In this document: piece by piece, positions 11,011-20,495 of the stretch
Layout of the letters: every line of letters begins with the position of its first letter
Position numbering within the stretch: position 1 is the first letter of the stretch
IMG/VR virus record: IMGVR_UViG_3300017963_000189
Source of the DNA: a virus
Lineage: Duplodnaviria; Caudoviricetes
Length of the DNA: 64,000 nt
Strand: one strand, 5' to 3'
The notes under the pieces: generated by a model
What the model saw: the letters and a program-made list of their open reading frames with translations, nothing else
What the model was told of the DNA's origin: nothing
The model's database searches: none
Made by a program: the position numbers and the translations under genes

Positions 11011-11531
11011 GGAAATGGCGTGGGCACAGGACCACTTGGCGTTGTAACCAACGCAGTTGTAACTCCACTCAAACTTTGTAGATGTTGAGTAAAAAAATCT
11101 ATCAAATTATCTATAAATTCATCTTCATTCTCTGTCGCACTTACCTCTAATCTTGGAACTGGCGTTCCGGGTACACTAACTACATTCGTCACCACCGCAG
11201 TTGAACCGGGTGGCGGAATCACTGGAGCTAATGTAGCACCAGACCAAAATCCTATCAACCCTTGTGAAATCGTCGTTCCAAAAAAATTAGGTACAACACT
11301 TTCATTCATAGCAGGATTGTTCGCTTGTGTGAACGCATTCCCAATCGCTGCGGATAATGTAGGCTTAGTGTAAGTTAATACTACATTATTATATGTCAAA
11401 TCTCCACCGGTCAATATCGCTATTTCATATTGATCAGCGATAAAATTTGCTGCTTGTTGTTCAGTTTTCGCCGTGTAACTGACAAAATAATTTTTTGTCG
11501 TTTGTTTAAATGTCGTCCAATCTATCGGCAT
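10992..11531 (-). CDS. Hypothetical baseplate/spike-associated protein
   Basis: ORF next to spike gene; Pro/Gly-rich C-terminus PFPWVGYG. Confidence 0.5.
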   Translation of the reverse strand: MPIDWTTFKQTTKNYFVSYTAKTEQQAANFIADQYEIAILTGGDLTYNNVVLTYTKPTLSAAIGNAFTQANNPAMNESVVPNFFGTTISQGLIGFWSGATLAPVIPPPGSTAVVTNVVSVPGTPVPRLEVSATENEDEFIDNLIDFFTQHLQSLSGVTTALVTTPSGPVPTPFPWVGYG

Positions 11532-11536
11532 CTTTA

Positions 11537-11863
11537 TTATCCAATATATTCTATTTTATCATCACTCAATGTATAATAGTCGCCATTTTTATCTAAAACA
11601 GAAACTTCATCATAAAACATCCCACCTCTTACGTCTACTCTTTTTATTTTCTCAATAGTATGATATTCCCAATCATGACGACCCGTACCAGCTTTAGATG
11701 CTTTTGCTCTTATAGTTTTTCCCAATAACAATTTATCAAGAAAATCTTCATACATTTTTTGATGTTTATTTAACCAATTATCAATAGTCTTGTTCAAATC
11801 AAATTTTTTTCCTTCATTTAATTTGTTTCCGCGAAATATTTTGTTCCAAAGTTGTTTATCCAT
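11537..11863 (-). CDS. Hypothetical protein (N-terminal ...KLNE motif)
   Basis: ORF with RBS. Confidence 0.45.
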   Translation of the reverse strand: MDKQLWNKIFRGNKLNEGKKFDLNKTIDNWLNKHQKMYEDFLDKLLLGKTIRAKASKAGTGRHDWEYHTIEKIKRVDVRGGMFYDEVSVLDKNGDYYTLSDDKIEYIG

Positions 11864-11875
11864 CCTTTATCTCCA

Positions 11876-13093
11876 TTATAAACTATAATTTCGTTGTGAT
11901 AACGCACTCTCTAACTTACTCTTGAGTTGATTTAGTTGTGGATTCTCCGGTGGCATTGGCGGCCCACTTGGACCTGTGCCAGTAGGATGTGTATGACTTA
12001 TCAATAAATCCACTAACTCATTCAATAAATCAACTAATGTATTTCCTAATACAACCGCTTCCTGAGCATCCTCTCCACCTAAATATATCTCAGGTGAGTT
12101 TAGTATCGTTCGTGATGTCGTATTCGTTATTATATCATCTACAGCATCAACAGTAAAAATACCCTCAGTCACAAGATTCATCGCTTTCTTGGAAAATCCC
12201 ATAATCTCTTGTGTTTTAGCATTCAATATGAGTCTATCACTATTTATAAATATTTGATTTCCAAGAAATTCATTTGGTTTATCTTCATAAAATTGTAAAT
12301 GTACTTCACTCTCCGCAGTTGAGGCGATAAATGGTACATCTTCATCATTTACAATCCATATCGAACTTGGATCATCATTTATGTTTTCATCTATTGGTTG
12401 TATCGATGTCTCAGGTACTTCGTCAGGTTGTCCTACCTTTATCTTTATTGTTGGTAATCCATTCTCTTGATTTGACCCAAACCTTATTGAATGTCCAAAC
12501 CTACCTTCATATATTATGTCGCCTTCATATGGTTGTAATGGTTTTATGTCTATGTTGTCCTTGAATACCTTTCCCAACTTTATATCGTCTTGATCACTCT
12601 GGCGATTTGGGGCGCCTGATGTGGACACCGATTCATATGATTGTGCGTCCGCTTTTGACGAAGTTTCTTCCTTCGATGATACGGTCGGTAAACTTATACC
12701 AGGTACAGCATTTTGATTTGGAGCATTGTAAACATTCATTCGCTGTGTGTAATATAACTCGTTTAAATGTTGCGCGACAATTACTACCTCGTGAAGTAAT
12801 GGAAATGACTTTATGTTTGAGTCTAACGGTTTCGCCCAAGATAAAGTCGATCTCTCCTTACCATTTTCACTTATCACCATTCGAACTTTGGCTTTACCTA
12901 TATCACTATATTCTACAAACTCAGGATGTGTATCGTCTAATATAATGTCAATAACCTCAGCAGCTTCTAACTCATAAAATTCATAATGAGGCGAACCGAT
13001 CCCACGACCCGGACTTGATTCTACAGTCGTCAAACCAAATCGTTGATTTGTAAGTTGAACTGAACCTTTATTTTTATCTCGTTCCCACGCCAT
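11876..13093 (-). CDS. Baseplate hub/central spike protein (gp5/VgrG-like)
   Basis: OB-fold-like N-terminus (PLLHEVV), EGDIIYEGRFGHSIRFGS, C-terminal HTH-PTGTGPSGPP metal-binding tip motif. Confidence 0.75.
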   Translation of the reverse strand: MAWERDKNKGSVQLTNQRFGLTTVESSPGRGIGSPHYEFYELEAAEVIDIILDDTHPEFVEYSDIGKAKVRMVISENGKERSTLSWAKPLDSNIKSFPLLHEVVIVAQHLNELYYTQRMNVYNAPNQNAVPGISLPTVSSKEETSSKADAQSYESVSTSGAPNRQSDQDDIKLGKVFKDNIDIKPLQPYEGDIIYEGRFGHSIRFGSNQENGLPTIKIKVGQPDEVPETSIQPIDENINDDPSSIWIVNDEDVPFIASTAESEVHLQFYEDKPNEFLGNQIFINSDRLILNAKTQEIMGFSKKAMNLVTEGIFTVDAVDDIITNTTSRTILNSPEIYLGGEDAQEAVVLGNTLVDLLNELVDLLISHTHPTGTGPSGPPMPPENPQLNQLKSKLESALSQRNYSL

Positions 13094-13521
13094 TACTTTT
13101 CTTCCTCACTAAGTTTTTCCTTTATTTCCTCAACTCTTTGATCTAATGATTTTTGGTTTTCTTTTTCCTCTTTTACATATTCCTCATATTCATCAACGTC
13201 ACCTAATAGTTGTTTCTTTTCATCCTCAGATAAAAATCCTGGCCCTTCAGTACTCGCAATCTTACCTTCCTTGATAAGCCGTATCGCTGAGTCGCTCAAC
13301 TTGATAAGTTGTTCATCACTTCGTAAAATAATCTCCATGTATTCACGAATTAAAGGTGCTATTATCGTAGCAGATTCCAATGAGTTTACATACTTTTTCA
13401 TTTGATCTATCATACCTTTAGCATTACTTCTCGTATTAGCAGCATTTTTATGTATCTCTTTGAATACATCACTTATTGATTTGTCCTCAAATAACTCATA
13501 AAATTTTCTATCTTCTGACAT
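13093..13521 (-). CDS. Conserved hypothetical helical protein
   Basis: ORF coupled to spike gene. Confidence 0.5.
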   Translation of the reverse strand: MSEDRKFYELFEDKSISDVFKEIHKNAANTRSNAKGMIDQMKKYVNSLESATIIAPLIREYMEIILRSDEQLIKLSDSAIRLIKEGKIASTEGPGFLSEDEKKQLLGDVDEYEEYVKEEKENQKSLDQRVEEIKEKLSEEEK

Positions 13522-13532
13522 ATTAACCTCTC

Positions 13533-13976
13533 TTAAACTATTGTTTCTAATACAAACTTGTATTTTGGATTTTTTGATTTAACTTTTTTAGCATACTTTT
13601 TCAAATAAGGCATAAGTTCATGTTCATCAAAATACATTGTGTCACTGAAATCGGTTGATTCACTCAACCAAAATTCATCGGTTGACCCTTTCCTTTGCCA
13701 ATTTATATACCCATTTTTCATACCATCAACTATTCTTGTTTTTAAATTCATATTAGGTACTTTATATCCATTTTTATTTAACCACTCAGCAAATGCAGAA
13801 TGAATAACATTCCAATTATCATCAATAACAAATAAATCTCCATTTGGAAAACTTATCGCCCTTAATTCTTTCGCCATACGTTTGATTGATTTGGGATTCT
13901 TGTACACTTCGTAACCTTGATGTGTAGTTCCAACAAAATCTTCTTTCAATAAATCCTTCAATTTTATATTCGCCAT
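13533..13976 (-). CDS. Hypothetical protein (N-terminus MANIKLKDLLKE), possible head-packaged protein
   Basis: ORF directly downstream of ATATTTATA motif; GGAG RBS. Confidence 0.5.
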   Translation of the reverse strand: MANIKLKDLLKEDFVGTTHQGYEVYKNPKSIKRMAKELRAISFPNGDLFVIDDNWNVIHSAFAEWLNKNGYKVPNMNLKTRIVDGMKNGYINWQRKGSTDEFWLSESTDFSDTMYFDEHELMPYLKKYAKKVKSKNPKYKFVLETIV

Positions 13977-14007
13977 AGACTATCTCCATAAAATACAATA
14001 TCTCACA

Positions 14008-14016
14008 TATAAATAT
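14008..14016 (-). promoter_or_regulatory. Putative late promoter motif ATATTTATA upstream of structural module (also at 45, 18498, 34102, 37029, 40599, 53970)
   Basis: Recurrent intergenic 9-mer upstream of starts, here without a TTGACA; phage encodes a gp55-like sigma. Confidence 0.55.
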
Positions 14017-14024
14017 ACACAAAC

Positions 14025-14058
14025 AAAAAAAGGTTGATCTAATTAAAGACCAACCTTT
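14025..14058 (-). terminator. Rho-independent terminator after the sigma gene
   Basis: AAAGGTTG...CAACCTTT inverted repeat followed by T-run on minus strand. Confidence 0.6.
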
Positions 14059-14131
14059 AAACTTACGCCCAAGTGAACCACTTGGCTGCACTACCACTTA
14101 TTATAACCTTTGGTGTGTTTACTTCCGATTC

Positions 14132-14839
14132 TCAAAGAAAATCATCTAAACACATTTCCGTATCAAAATACCCAATAGCATTGTATTCCTCTATAAGAAT
14201 ATTATTATGTTCTCTCATTTTGTTTACGACGGCAGTAATATATTGTGTTCTCAATCCGGTCATTTCACGGATCATTAAGTAGAGTGCTTTTTTATTGAAG
14301 TTTTCTATATTGATGGAACGTCTGAATAATGTGAGTACGGCGTCCGCAATCATCATTTCTTGACGTTTAGTAAAAATCGTTGTGAGATTGTTTTCCCAAT
14401 ATTCCACCATCATTTTTATAAACTCAGGTGTATCGTCATTTTGTTTCTTATTTTGAGCTTCATCTATAATATCAAATGCGTATTCTGTCGCATTCGTATC
14501 TATACGTTGTGAAATTTTCTTGAATTTCCAATGTTCATTGTTACCAAGAATAAGATAGTTTTTCGCCAAGATAGAAAAATAAGAAAAGGCGCGACCTTTC
14601 TCTTGTTGATACTTGTGCATCTGCATCACAAGAAATGACACCGTATCGGCATGTAAATCTATTGAAGCATCCTGAAAGTGCGGAAACTTAAATCTATTTA
14701 TTATGTTTTCTACCAGTTTGTTTAAAGGTTTTTCTATCTTGTCTCTGTATATCTTCGATTTGAACGTCTGATCGTCGGACTCGTTGTATTCGACGATTGC
14801 GTTCTCTGTCTCTTTCGTAAAGTAAATCCTCCGCCTCAT
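14132..14839 (-). CDS. Phage RNA polymerase sigma factor (T4 gp55-like, late)
   Basis: YFTKETENAIVEYN...LVENIINRFKF...KYQQEKGRAFSYFSILAKNYLI resembles sigma region 2 of gp55-type factors. Confidence 0.75.
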   Translation of the reverse strand: MRRRIYFTKETENAIVEYNESDDQTFKSKIYRDKIEKPLNKLVENIINRFKFPHFQDASIDLHADTVSFLVMQMHKYQQEKGRAFSYFSILAKNYLILGNNEHWKFKKISQRIDTNATEYAFDIIDEAQNKKQNDDTPEFIKMMVEYWENNLTTIFTKRQEMMIADAVLTLFRRSINIENFNKKALYLMIREMTGLRTQYITAVVNKMREHNNILIEEYNAIGYFDTEMCLDDFL

Positions 14840-15128
14840 TAATTTCCTCTCCTGGTTCTACAAGTTTAAATTCTTCTAATCGTTTTAGTATTGAGTACAT
14901 TCCTTGATAAAAATATCCGACTTCGTCGTCGGCACGAAATGTAGCTTCGGCGTCAAGGTCATTCAAATCAGAATCAATCTTTTCAACAGTTATGGCAAAG
15001 TTTTCTATCCAACCCTCATATAACGCGAGTGTTTCTTCAAACGCTCCATTTTTACGAGACAAATTCCATACCACATAGCTCATAGTTAATATTATCAGTA
15101 TTAAAATTATTATTATAATTGTTATCAT
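14694..15128 (-). CDS. Membrane-anchored hypothetical protein overlapping sigma gene by 146 nt
   Basis: N-terminal TM helix, FRADDEVGYF motif. Confidence 0.6.
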   Translation of the reverse strand: MITIIIIILILIILTMSYVVWNLSRKNGAFEETLALYEGWIENFAITVEKIDSDLNDLDAEATFRADDEVGYFYQGMYSILKRLEEFKLVEPGEEINEAEDLLYERDRERNRRIQRVRRSDVQIEDIQRQDRKTFKQTGRKHNK

Positions 15129-15922
15129 TTTTCATTGTCCTTAAATGCGTTACCAAATAAATCTTCAAACTTCTCTATCTTTATATCAGCGTTTTCTAAT
15201 TTTTTGGGATTAAATGCTTTTTTAACTGTGGTTTTAGTCTTTTTACTTATAGGTTTACCTGATCCATTTCCTTCTAAATGTGGACGCGCTTCAGGTGTCT
15301 TAGCCCATTCTTCCCACTCCAACTTAGATGCCAACATATCTGCCGTATGTATTACGTGAACAAATCTATCTACTTCTTTTGCGCCCCATTGAATGTAATA
15401 TGGTTTATTCGGGTCTTGATACAATCCATCATGGGCACGAATGGCGATAAACTCTCGTTTACTCATTTTGATTCCATAATGTTGTAACCAAAATAAACTA
15501 CGATCTTCTATTTGCATGTATTCTATTTTTGGATTTGATTCAAATTCCATTCCTCTCTTTTTCTTCCAATCTTCGTCAGTAGGAATGTAATTATCATTCT
15601 CTATGTCGCCAACCTTTCCTAAATCGTGATTCATGGCGACAAAAAATAATTCTTCGTCCGTCCACGTCTTTTCGCCACCTATCGATTCCCATAAAGATGA
15701 AACCTTTGGTGCTATCTTCATCACATTTAGTACGTGATGGACATAACCACCAACAAACGCTGAGTGAAAATAAACCCTACTCGATGCTGGTGCTTGAGCG
15801 ATACGGTTATCATGATCGTTGTATAACTTCAATAACCTTTCTCTCCGTTCGCCATCAAAACCATCTTCAATAAAACGTATTAACTTATTCCAATTACTTT
15901 CAATCTGTTCTGCCGTTAACAT
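15125..15922 (-). CDS. HD-domain metal-dependent phosphohydrolase
   Basis: HSAFVGGYVHHV, AMNHDLGKVG, IHTADML. Confidence 0.85.
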   Translation of the reverse strand: MLTAEQIESNWNKLIRFIEDGFDGERRERLLKLYNDHDNRIAQAPASSRVYFHSAFVGGYVHHVLNVMKIAPKVSSLWESIGGEKTWTDEELFFVAMNHDLGKVGDIENDNYIPTDEDWKKKRGMEFESNPKIEYMQIEDRSLFWLQHYGIKMSKREFIAIRAHDGLYQDPNKPYYIQWGAKEVDRFVHVIHTADMLASKLEWEEWAKTPEARPHLEGNGSGKPISKKTKTTVKKAFNPKKLENADIKIEKFEDLFGNAFKDNEK

Positions 15923-15964
15923 AGTTCTCCCTTAAATATATTCTTTATTTCCTTTAACATACTT

Positions 15965-15994
15965 ATTATACTTACTTTATTTAATAAAGTTCCA
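15965..15994 (-). promoter_or_regulatory. Second promoter class TGGAAC-N18/19-TATAAT-like (also ~43155-43183, 43513-43543, ~53875-53901)
   Basis: Four intergenic copies with conserved spacing. Confidence 0.5.
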
Positions 15995-16004
15995 TTTTCG
16001 GTAT

Positions 16005-16030
16005 AAAAAAACCCGATTCAATGAATCGGG
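16005..16030 (-). terminator. Rho-independent terminator
   Basis: CCCGATTCA-A-TGAATCGGG hairpin plus T7 tail on minus strand. Confidence 0.8.
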
Positions 16031-16039
16031 CTTTATTTT

Positions 16040-16858
16040 TTAGTAAGGAATGTTACTTGTATCAAGTTCTTTCCTTTTAGTAACACTCTCAGCTTCCTTT
16101 TTCTTTTTAGTATAACGAACATGAACTTTATTCAATGCTTCCCTTTGTTTAGGTGAAAGGAAGTTTCTTGTAGTCGCACTTTCAAGAACATCAGTTACAA
16201 AATCATACGCAGACCATTTTGGAATGTCGTAATACGCAGTATCATTAGTAATACCATCAACCTCTTTTACGAGATTCAACAAAGTTTTGATCTTTGGAAT
16301 GGTTACATTTCTATGATGATCAAGTTTGTCGCCATATTCCTTGGCAGTGATTTGAATCTTCGCCATCTTGGAACGAATTGCTTTCTCCATCTTTGGAGTA
16401 AACACACGGCGACCCGTTGTCAAAATGGAAAACATATCACTAAGAAATTTGTTTGTCTTGATATACTCAGGATGTAATCCATCAAACCAAGCAATCATAT
16501 CTTTATACTGAGTCGCATATTTTTCAGCCCTTTTCTTCTGGGCTGCTTCTTTTTTCAACTTAGCAATTTCACGTTTCGCTTGACGAAAATATACCCATTC
16601 TTCACCTAAAACGAGCTGTAAACAATCCAAACCAACATCATATACTTTTGATGTAGTCTTGTGGGCAGTGTTTCCCTCAAGTAAAGAGTCGCCAGTAATC
16701 GTTGCGACATACACAAGTTTATTACCACAAAAATTACACTTTCCACCATTACCATGTACATGATGTAACTTGAAATTATAGTTGTTGACCGTTTCTTTTA
16801 TATCAACTTTCCATCTACGAGAAACAAGTGACATTCCTTTAGATTCTTTTGTTGACAT
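16040..16858 (-). CDS. Hypothetical protein with CxxC Zn-binding motif
   Basis: KCNFCG...VGLDCL. Confidence 0.55.
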   Translation of the reverse strand: MSTKESKGMSLVSRRWKVDIKETVNNYNFKLHHVHGNGGKCNFCGNKLVYVATITGDSLLEGNTAHKTTSKVYDVGLDCLQLVLGEEWVYFRQAKREIAKLKKEAAQKKRAEKYATQYKDMIAWFDGLHPEYIKTNKFLSDMFSILTTGRRVFTPKMEKAIRSKMAKIQITAKEYGDKLDHHRNVTIPKIKTLLNLVKEVDGITNDTAYYDIPKWSAYDFVTDVLESATTRNFLSPKQREALNKVHVRYTKKKKEAESVTKRKELDTSNIPY

Positions 16859-16889
16859 TATTTTTACCCTTTCTTAATTTGTATACCTA

Positions 16890-16918
16890 AATATACAAAA
16901 TTTCAGGGTATTTGTCAA
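16890..16918 (-). promoter_or_regulatory. sigma70-type early promoter TTGACA-N17-TATATT (same boxes with -35 at 22303, 22354, 30320, 35975, 48536, 49090, 58772, 60602)
   Basis: Nine copies with exact -35/-10 boxes and 17-nt spacer, most preceded by GAAAACAG or similar. Confidence 0.85.
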
Positions 16919-16935
16919 CTGTTTTCTGATATTTT

Positions 16936-17679
16936 TTATACTTCCGGTTCAACCATTGCTAAAGGTTGTGGATTTTCCTCAAAGTCGTGATATATTTCAT
17001 TCAATATACGAACAAACTCAGGATTCTCAACTTTATACATCAATACATTTTTGTAATAAAATGACCTCTCACCAGGAGTCAAAAGAATATCAATCCATTG
17101 AGTATGACGTTTATTCATCGTATCTCTAACTTGATATATCCCATCTTGTGCTCCATCAGGAGTTCCCTTGATGAAAATGTAGTCGCCAAAGTTTATGTCG
17201 GCGCCACGTCGATTGAAATGTGTAAGTAAATCCCTACTCAATGCTACATATTTGTATTCACCTGCTCTATCAATGTCAAACTTTGTTCCATCTGCCGTGA
17301 TGTCGGGTGTTGAGTCCGTTTGCTCAGGGACTGGATGGTATCCGGTCAAACTTGTTCTATAATACCTCTGTGAAAACATTTCCTTGACAAATTCTTTTAC
17401 AAGTCGATCCTTTTCTTTGTGAGCAGCAATCAACTCGTCTTTCTTACCATTTTCATATTGTAATTCAGTAACTTGTCCTTTCAAGTTCTCAATATATTTG
17501 TTTTGTTTATAAATGTCAATATTTAGAAACGATGCGTGAAACCACATCGCGAAAAACATAACTATTAAAGCTCCAATACTAAACTTCATTATGTCAACAT
17601 TTGTCAAGTTCTTGTACCACGTCTCAACCATTGAACAACCTTTTAAGACTGAATACTTAAATTTGGCGATTGTTTTCAT
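16936..17679 (-). CDS. 3D (Asp-Asp-Asp) domain protein with N-terminal TM/coiled coil (MltA-like cell-wall-associated)
   Basis: TGYHPVPEQTDSTPDITADG...VALSRDLL...FGDYIFI...YQVRDTMNKRHTQWIDILL. Confidence 0.75.
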   Translation of the reverse strand: MKTIAKFKYSVLKGCSMVETWYKNLTNVDIMKFSIGALIVMFFAMWFHASFLNIDIYKQNKYIENLKGQVTELQYENGKKDELIAAHKEKDRLVKEFVKEMFSQRYYRTSLTGYHPVPEQTDSTPDITADGTKFDIDRAGEYKYVALSRDLLTHFNRRGADINFGDYIFIKGTPDGAQDGIYQVRDTMNKRHTQWIDILLTPGERSFYYKNVLMYKVENPEFVRILNEIYHDFEENPQPLAMVEPEV

Positions 17680-17728
17680 AATTTAAATCTCCCATTCATT
17701 TAACTTACCAACTATTATAAATAAAAAG

Positions 17729-17802
17729 AGCGGAATAACGGATTCGAACCGATACTTCCACGTTGGCAACGTGGCGTGCTAACCGTTGAACACCAATCCC
17801 GC
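17729..17802 (-). tRNA. tRNA-Gly(GCC)
   Basis: Cloverleaf; CCACG-TT GCC AA-CGTGG; GTTCGAATC T-loop. Confidence 0.95.
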
Positions 17803-17827
17803 TTTTTATAAACCTACTATGTAAAAC

Positions 17828-18133
17828 TTAATCTAATTCGTTTTGACCTATAATAACTTTCATCAACTCACGTACTTTTTTTCGTTCCTTTAGACGTTTA
17901 CTTTTGTTCTCTTTACGGCGAATAATTGTCCTGTCTCGACACATACCACAACCGCAATTCATTGAATGATGATTTCTTAGATAACCCATTCCACCACCAT
18001 CACTTTCATTACAAGTGTAATCGGTAACATACTCACCACCATCATTACGCTTGTACGCCCAAAACCAACCGAAAATAGACCATAATCTTCTGCGAGATAA
18101 CAATTTTTCTTTTTCTTTACGTTTAAATCTCAA
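17828..18133 (-). CDS. Small basic hypothetical protein with HxxxCxCxxC motif
   Basis: ORF track. Confidence 0.5.
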   Translation of the reverse strand: MRFKRKEKEKLLSRRRLWSIFGWFWAYKRNDGGEYVTDYTCNESDGGGMGYLRNHHSMNCGCGMCRDRTIIRRKENKSKRLKERKKVRELMKVIIGQNELD

Positions 18134-18155
18134 GAAATGTTCTCCCTATGTGTTG

Positions 18156-18484
18156 TGGAGTCGGCGGGAATTGAACCCGCGTCCAAAATATTTCAAAATC
18201 CAACTTCTACGATTATAGTTTGATTTTGTTATTTTACGTCACGAAAAAACCAAACAAAAGTTGTGACAACGAGTTTTGATTTACTTTGAGTTGTCGCCCT
18301 CAAAGGTTCTACCGATTATGACATCACTTTACCCAATATCGGTGTCTTGGAGTGACGGCTTAATTCGTTGTGATTAAGCAGCTAATTGTAATTCGTTGCC
18401 AGTTATTTTAGGCTTTTGGATTTCCCACTTCCCAGTGAATCGCTATTAAATCTCTCAGTTATCCTGTCGAATCCGATCGACCCC
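18156..18484 (-). ncRNA. ssrA: tmRNA (one-piece); tag reading frame 18400-18374 = GNELQLAA*
   Basis: 5' GGGGTCGATCGGATTCGAC, 3' GGACGCGGGTTCAATTCCCGCCGACTCCA, resume context AAAATAACT|GGC, tag ends LAA-stop. Confidence 0.95.
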
Positions 18485-18514
18485 ATATTATATCGTGTAT
18501 AAATATATACAAAT

Positions 18515-18859
18515 TTAGTTTTCATCACCAGAATCATTGTCCGGTGGTACACTTTCATCGTCCTGAATAAACTTATCTATCTTTTTTTCATCATGCATCA
18601 AGTCAAATATATGTTTTCTTATCTCAATATCATCCTCAAACTTAAAATATGGTGTATCAACAGGACCAAAAGCATCCATTATATTTTCTTCGCCAAAACC
18701 CATGGCTTGAGCCATTCTAATACACATTATTCTATATTCATAAATATTCAAGTCCTTTGGAACATTAAAAACAATCTTTTTGGGCTCCCTTGTCTTTACC
18801 CCTTGATTTTTTAGTTCATTATCGAAATCCCTTTCCAATGTGAATTTGTCCATATTCAC
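18515..18859 (-). CDS. Hypothetical protein
   Basis: ORF track, coupled to next gene. Confidence 0.55.
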   Translation of the reverse strand: MNMDKFTLERDFDNELKNQGVKTREPKKIVFNVPKDLNIYEYRIMCIRMAQAMGFGEENIMDAFGPVDTPYFKFEDDIEIRKHIFDLMHDEKKIDKFIQDDESVPPDNDSGDEN

Positions 18860-19257
18860 CCCTTTCCTTCATAATGTTCTAACCTCTTTTTTAATCTTTG
18901 TATTTCATCATACGATTTTAATGATTCATCTACGTGTAACTTCTTAATGTTTTCATTCCATTCACGTATTGATTTATTTTCTTCTAATATCCTAATCATT
19001 TCTTCTTTGTCTTGGCGAAACCAACCAATATCATTCATTTCTTTTTCACTTACCTTACCAAATCTCATATCTTCAGGTAAAACCATAACACTTACATCAA
19101 TATTCTTGTATATTTTTAGTCGCCGTACAATAACTCTCAATACATCAATCCATTTACGAAATCCTTTATTCGTTCGTAATACAATAACGTCGCCTTGTTC
19201 TAATGATAATTTACTTATCGCCTTTTCTAATCTTTTCTTACCAAACATATCAAACAT
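18856..19257 (-). CDS. Hypothetical protein
   Basis: ORF with GAGG RBS. Confidence 0.55.
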   Translation of the reverse strand: MFDMFGKKRLEKAISKLSLEQGDVIVLRTNKGFRKWIDVLRVIVRRLKIYKNIDVSVMVLPEDMRFGKVSEKEMNDIGWFRQDKEEMIRILEENKSIREWNENIKKLHVDESLKSYDEIQRLKKRLEHYEGKG

Positions 19258-19266
19258 TTTGTACCT

Positions 19267-20433
19267 CTATTTTTTTAATAAATGTGGTTGAGCTTCAAGT
19301 TGTCCTGCTCTTGTTACTCTCACAAATTCAGCATTCTTTCTAAATTCTTCTATATTTTCAGCACCTACATAACTCATAGATGATTTTATTCCATCAGTTA
19401 TAGATTCTATTATTCGTTTTACTTTCCCTTTATACGGGATAAGTTTTGAGTTACCCTCTATGTTATTATCGTTTTCGCCACGATCTAACTTACTCGATTG
19501 ACTGGCCGACCCGCGATATTGTTTGAATAATTGTTCGTCAGGAAAATTTCCTACTCGTATCAATCTACCTGGCGTTTCCTTAGTTCCGGCAAAAAGTGAT
19601 CCCATCATAACCATGTCTGCTCCAAGAGCAATCGCTTTTGCAGCGTCACCGGGTGTCCGTATACCACCATCTGCTATGATAGAAATTCCACTTCCCTTGA
19701 GCACTCGATATACCTCAGCTATCGCTGATGCTTGTGGAATACCTACTCCGGTTCTTATTCTTGTCTCACATAATGACCCATTTCCTATACCAACTCTAAC
19801 ACTATCTAATCTCCATTTAACTAAATCTTTAGCTGCATCAGCAGTAGCAATACTCCCACCTATAAGTGTTACGTTGTCGCCGTACTTCTTTCGTATCTTC
19901 GTGACGGCCCTCTTGAGTAAAATGTGATGTCCATGAGCTACATCAAATAAAAATGTCTTGACACCTCTGTTGTGTAACTCTAAAAATCTTTCATAATAAT
20001 CACCGGTTACTCCAATCGCACAAGCAATCATTTGTTGAAAAGCAAACCCGTCTGCAGGTTCAAGTTGAGTTGTCGCAAATCCTGTATTTGATTCTACATA
20101 ATTATTATTTTCATACATACAACGATTATGCGGTTGATATTTATACCATTCCCTAAACTTTTCTCTCAAATACATTACTTGTTCGGCTTGTTCCTCTATC
20201 GTCATAAAACGATGTATGAAACCAACTCCGCCGAGCTCCCATAACTGGTACGCCATTTCATGTTCCGTTACAGTATCCATTGGTGAAGATACTATTGGAA
20301 TACGAATCTTGAACATCCCATTATGAGAAAATCCGGTTGTAAGATCACAATCAACCCTTGATAAAACTTTACTATATTTCGGGCGTAATTGTAAATCATC
20401 AAATGTATATGTATCTGGAACAATATGCGTCAT
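19267..20433 (-). CDS. guaB: IMP dehydrogenase/GMP reductase family (CBS-less)
   Basis: SSPMDTVTE, DVAHGH, GIGNGSLCETR catalytic loop, IIADGGI, GIKSSMSYVGA; GuaB versus GuaC not resolvable by eye. Confidence 0.85.
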   Translation of the reverse strand: MTHIVPDTYTFDDLQLRPKYSKVLSRVDCDLTTGFSHNGMFKIRIPIVSSPMDTVTEHEMAYQLWELGGVGFIHRFMTIEEQAEQVMYLREKFREWYKYQPHNRCMYENNNYVESNTGFATTQLEPADGFAFQQMIACAIGVTGDYYERFLELHNRGVKTFLFDVAHGHHILLKRAVTKIRKKYGDNVTLIGGSIATADAAKDLVKWRLDSVRVGIGNGSLCETRIRTGVGIPQASAIAEVYRVLKGSGISIIADGGIRTPGDAAKAIALGADMVMMGSLFAGTKETPGRLIRVGNFPDEQLFKQYRGSASQSSKLDRGENDNNIEGNSKLIPYKGKVKRIIESITDGIKSSMSYVGAENIEEFRKNAEFVRVTRAGQLEAQPHLLKK

Positions 20434-20495
20434 AACCTTTCCCCTATTTATAAAACCTCTTTTCTCTTATACTACCGAAAACCTATTTTTGTTCC

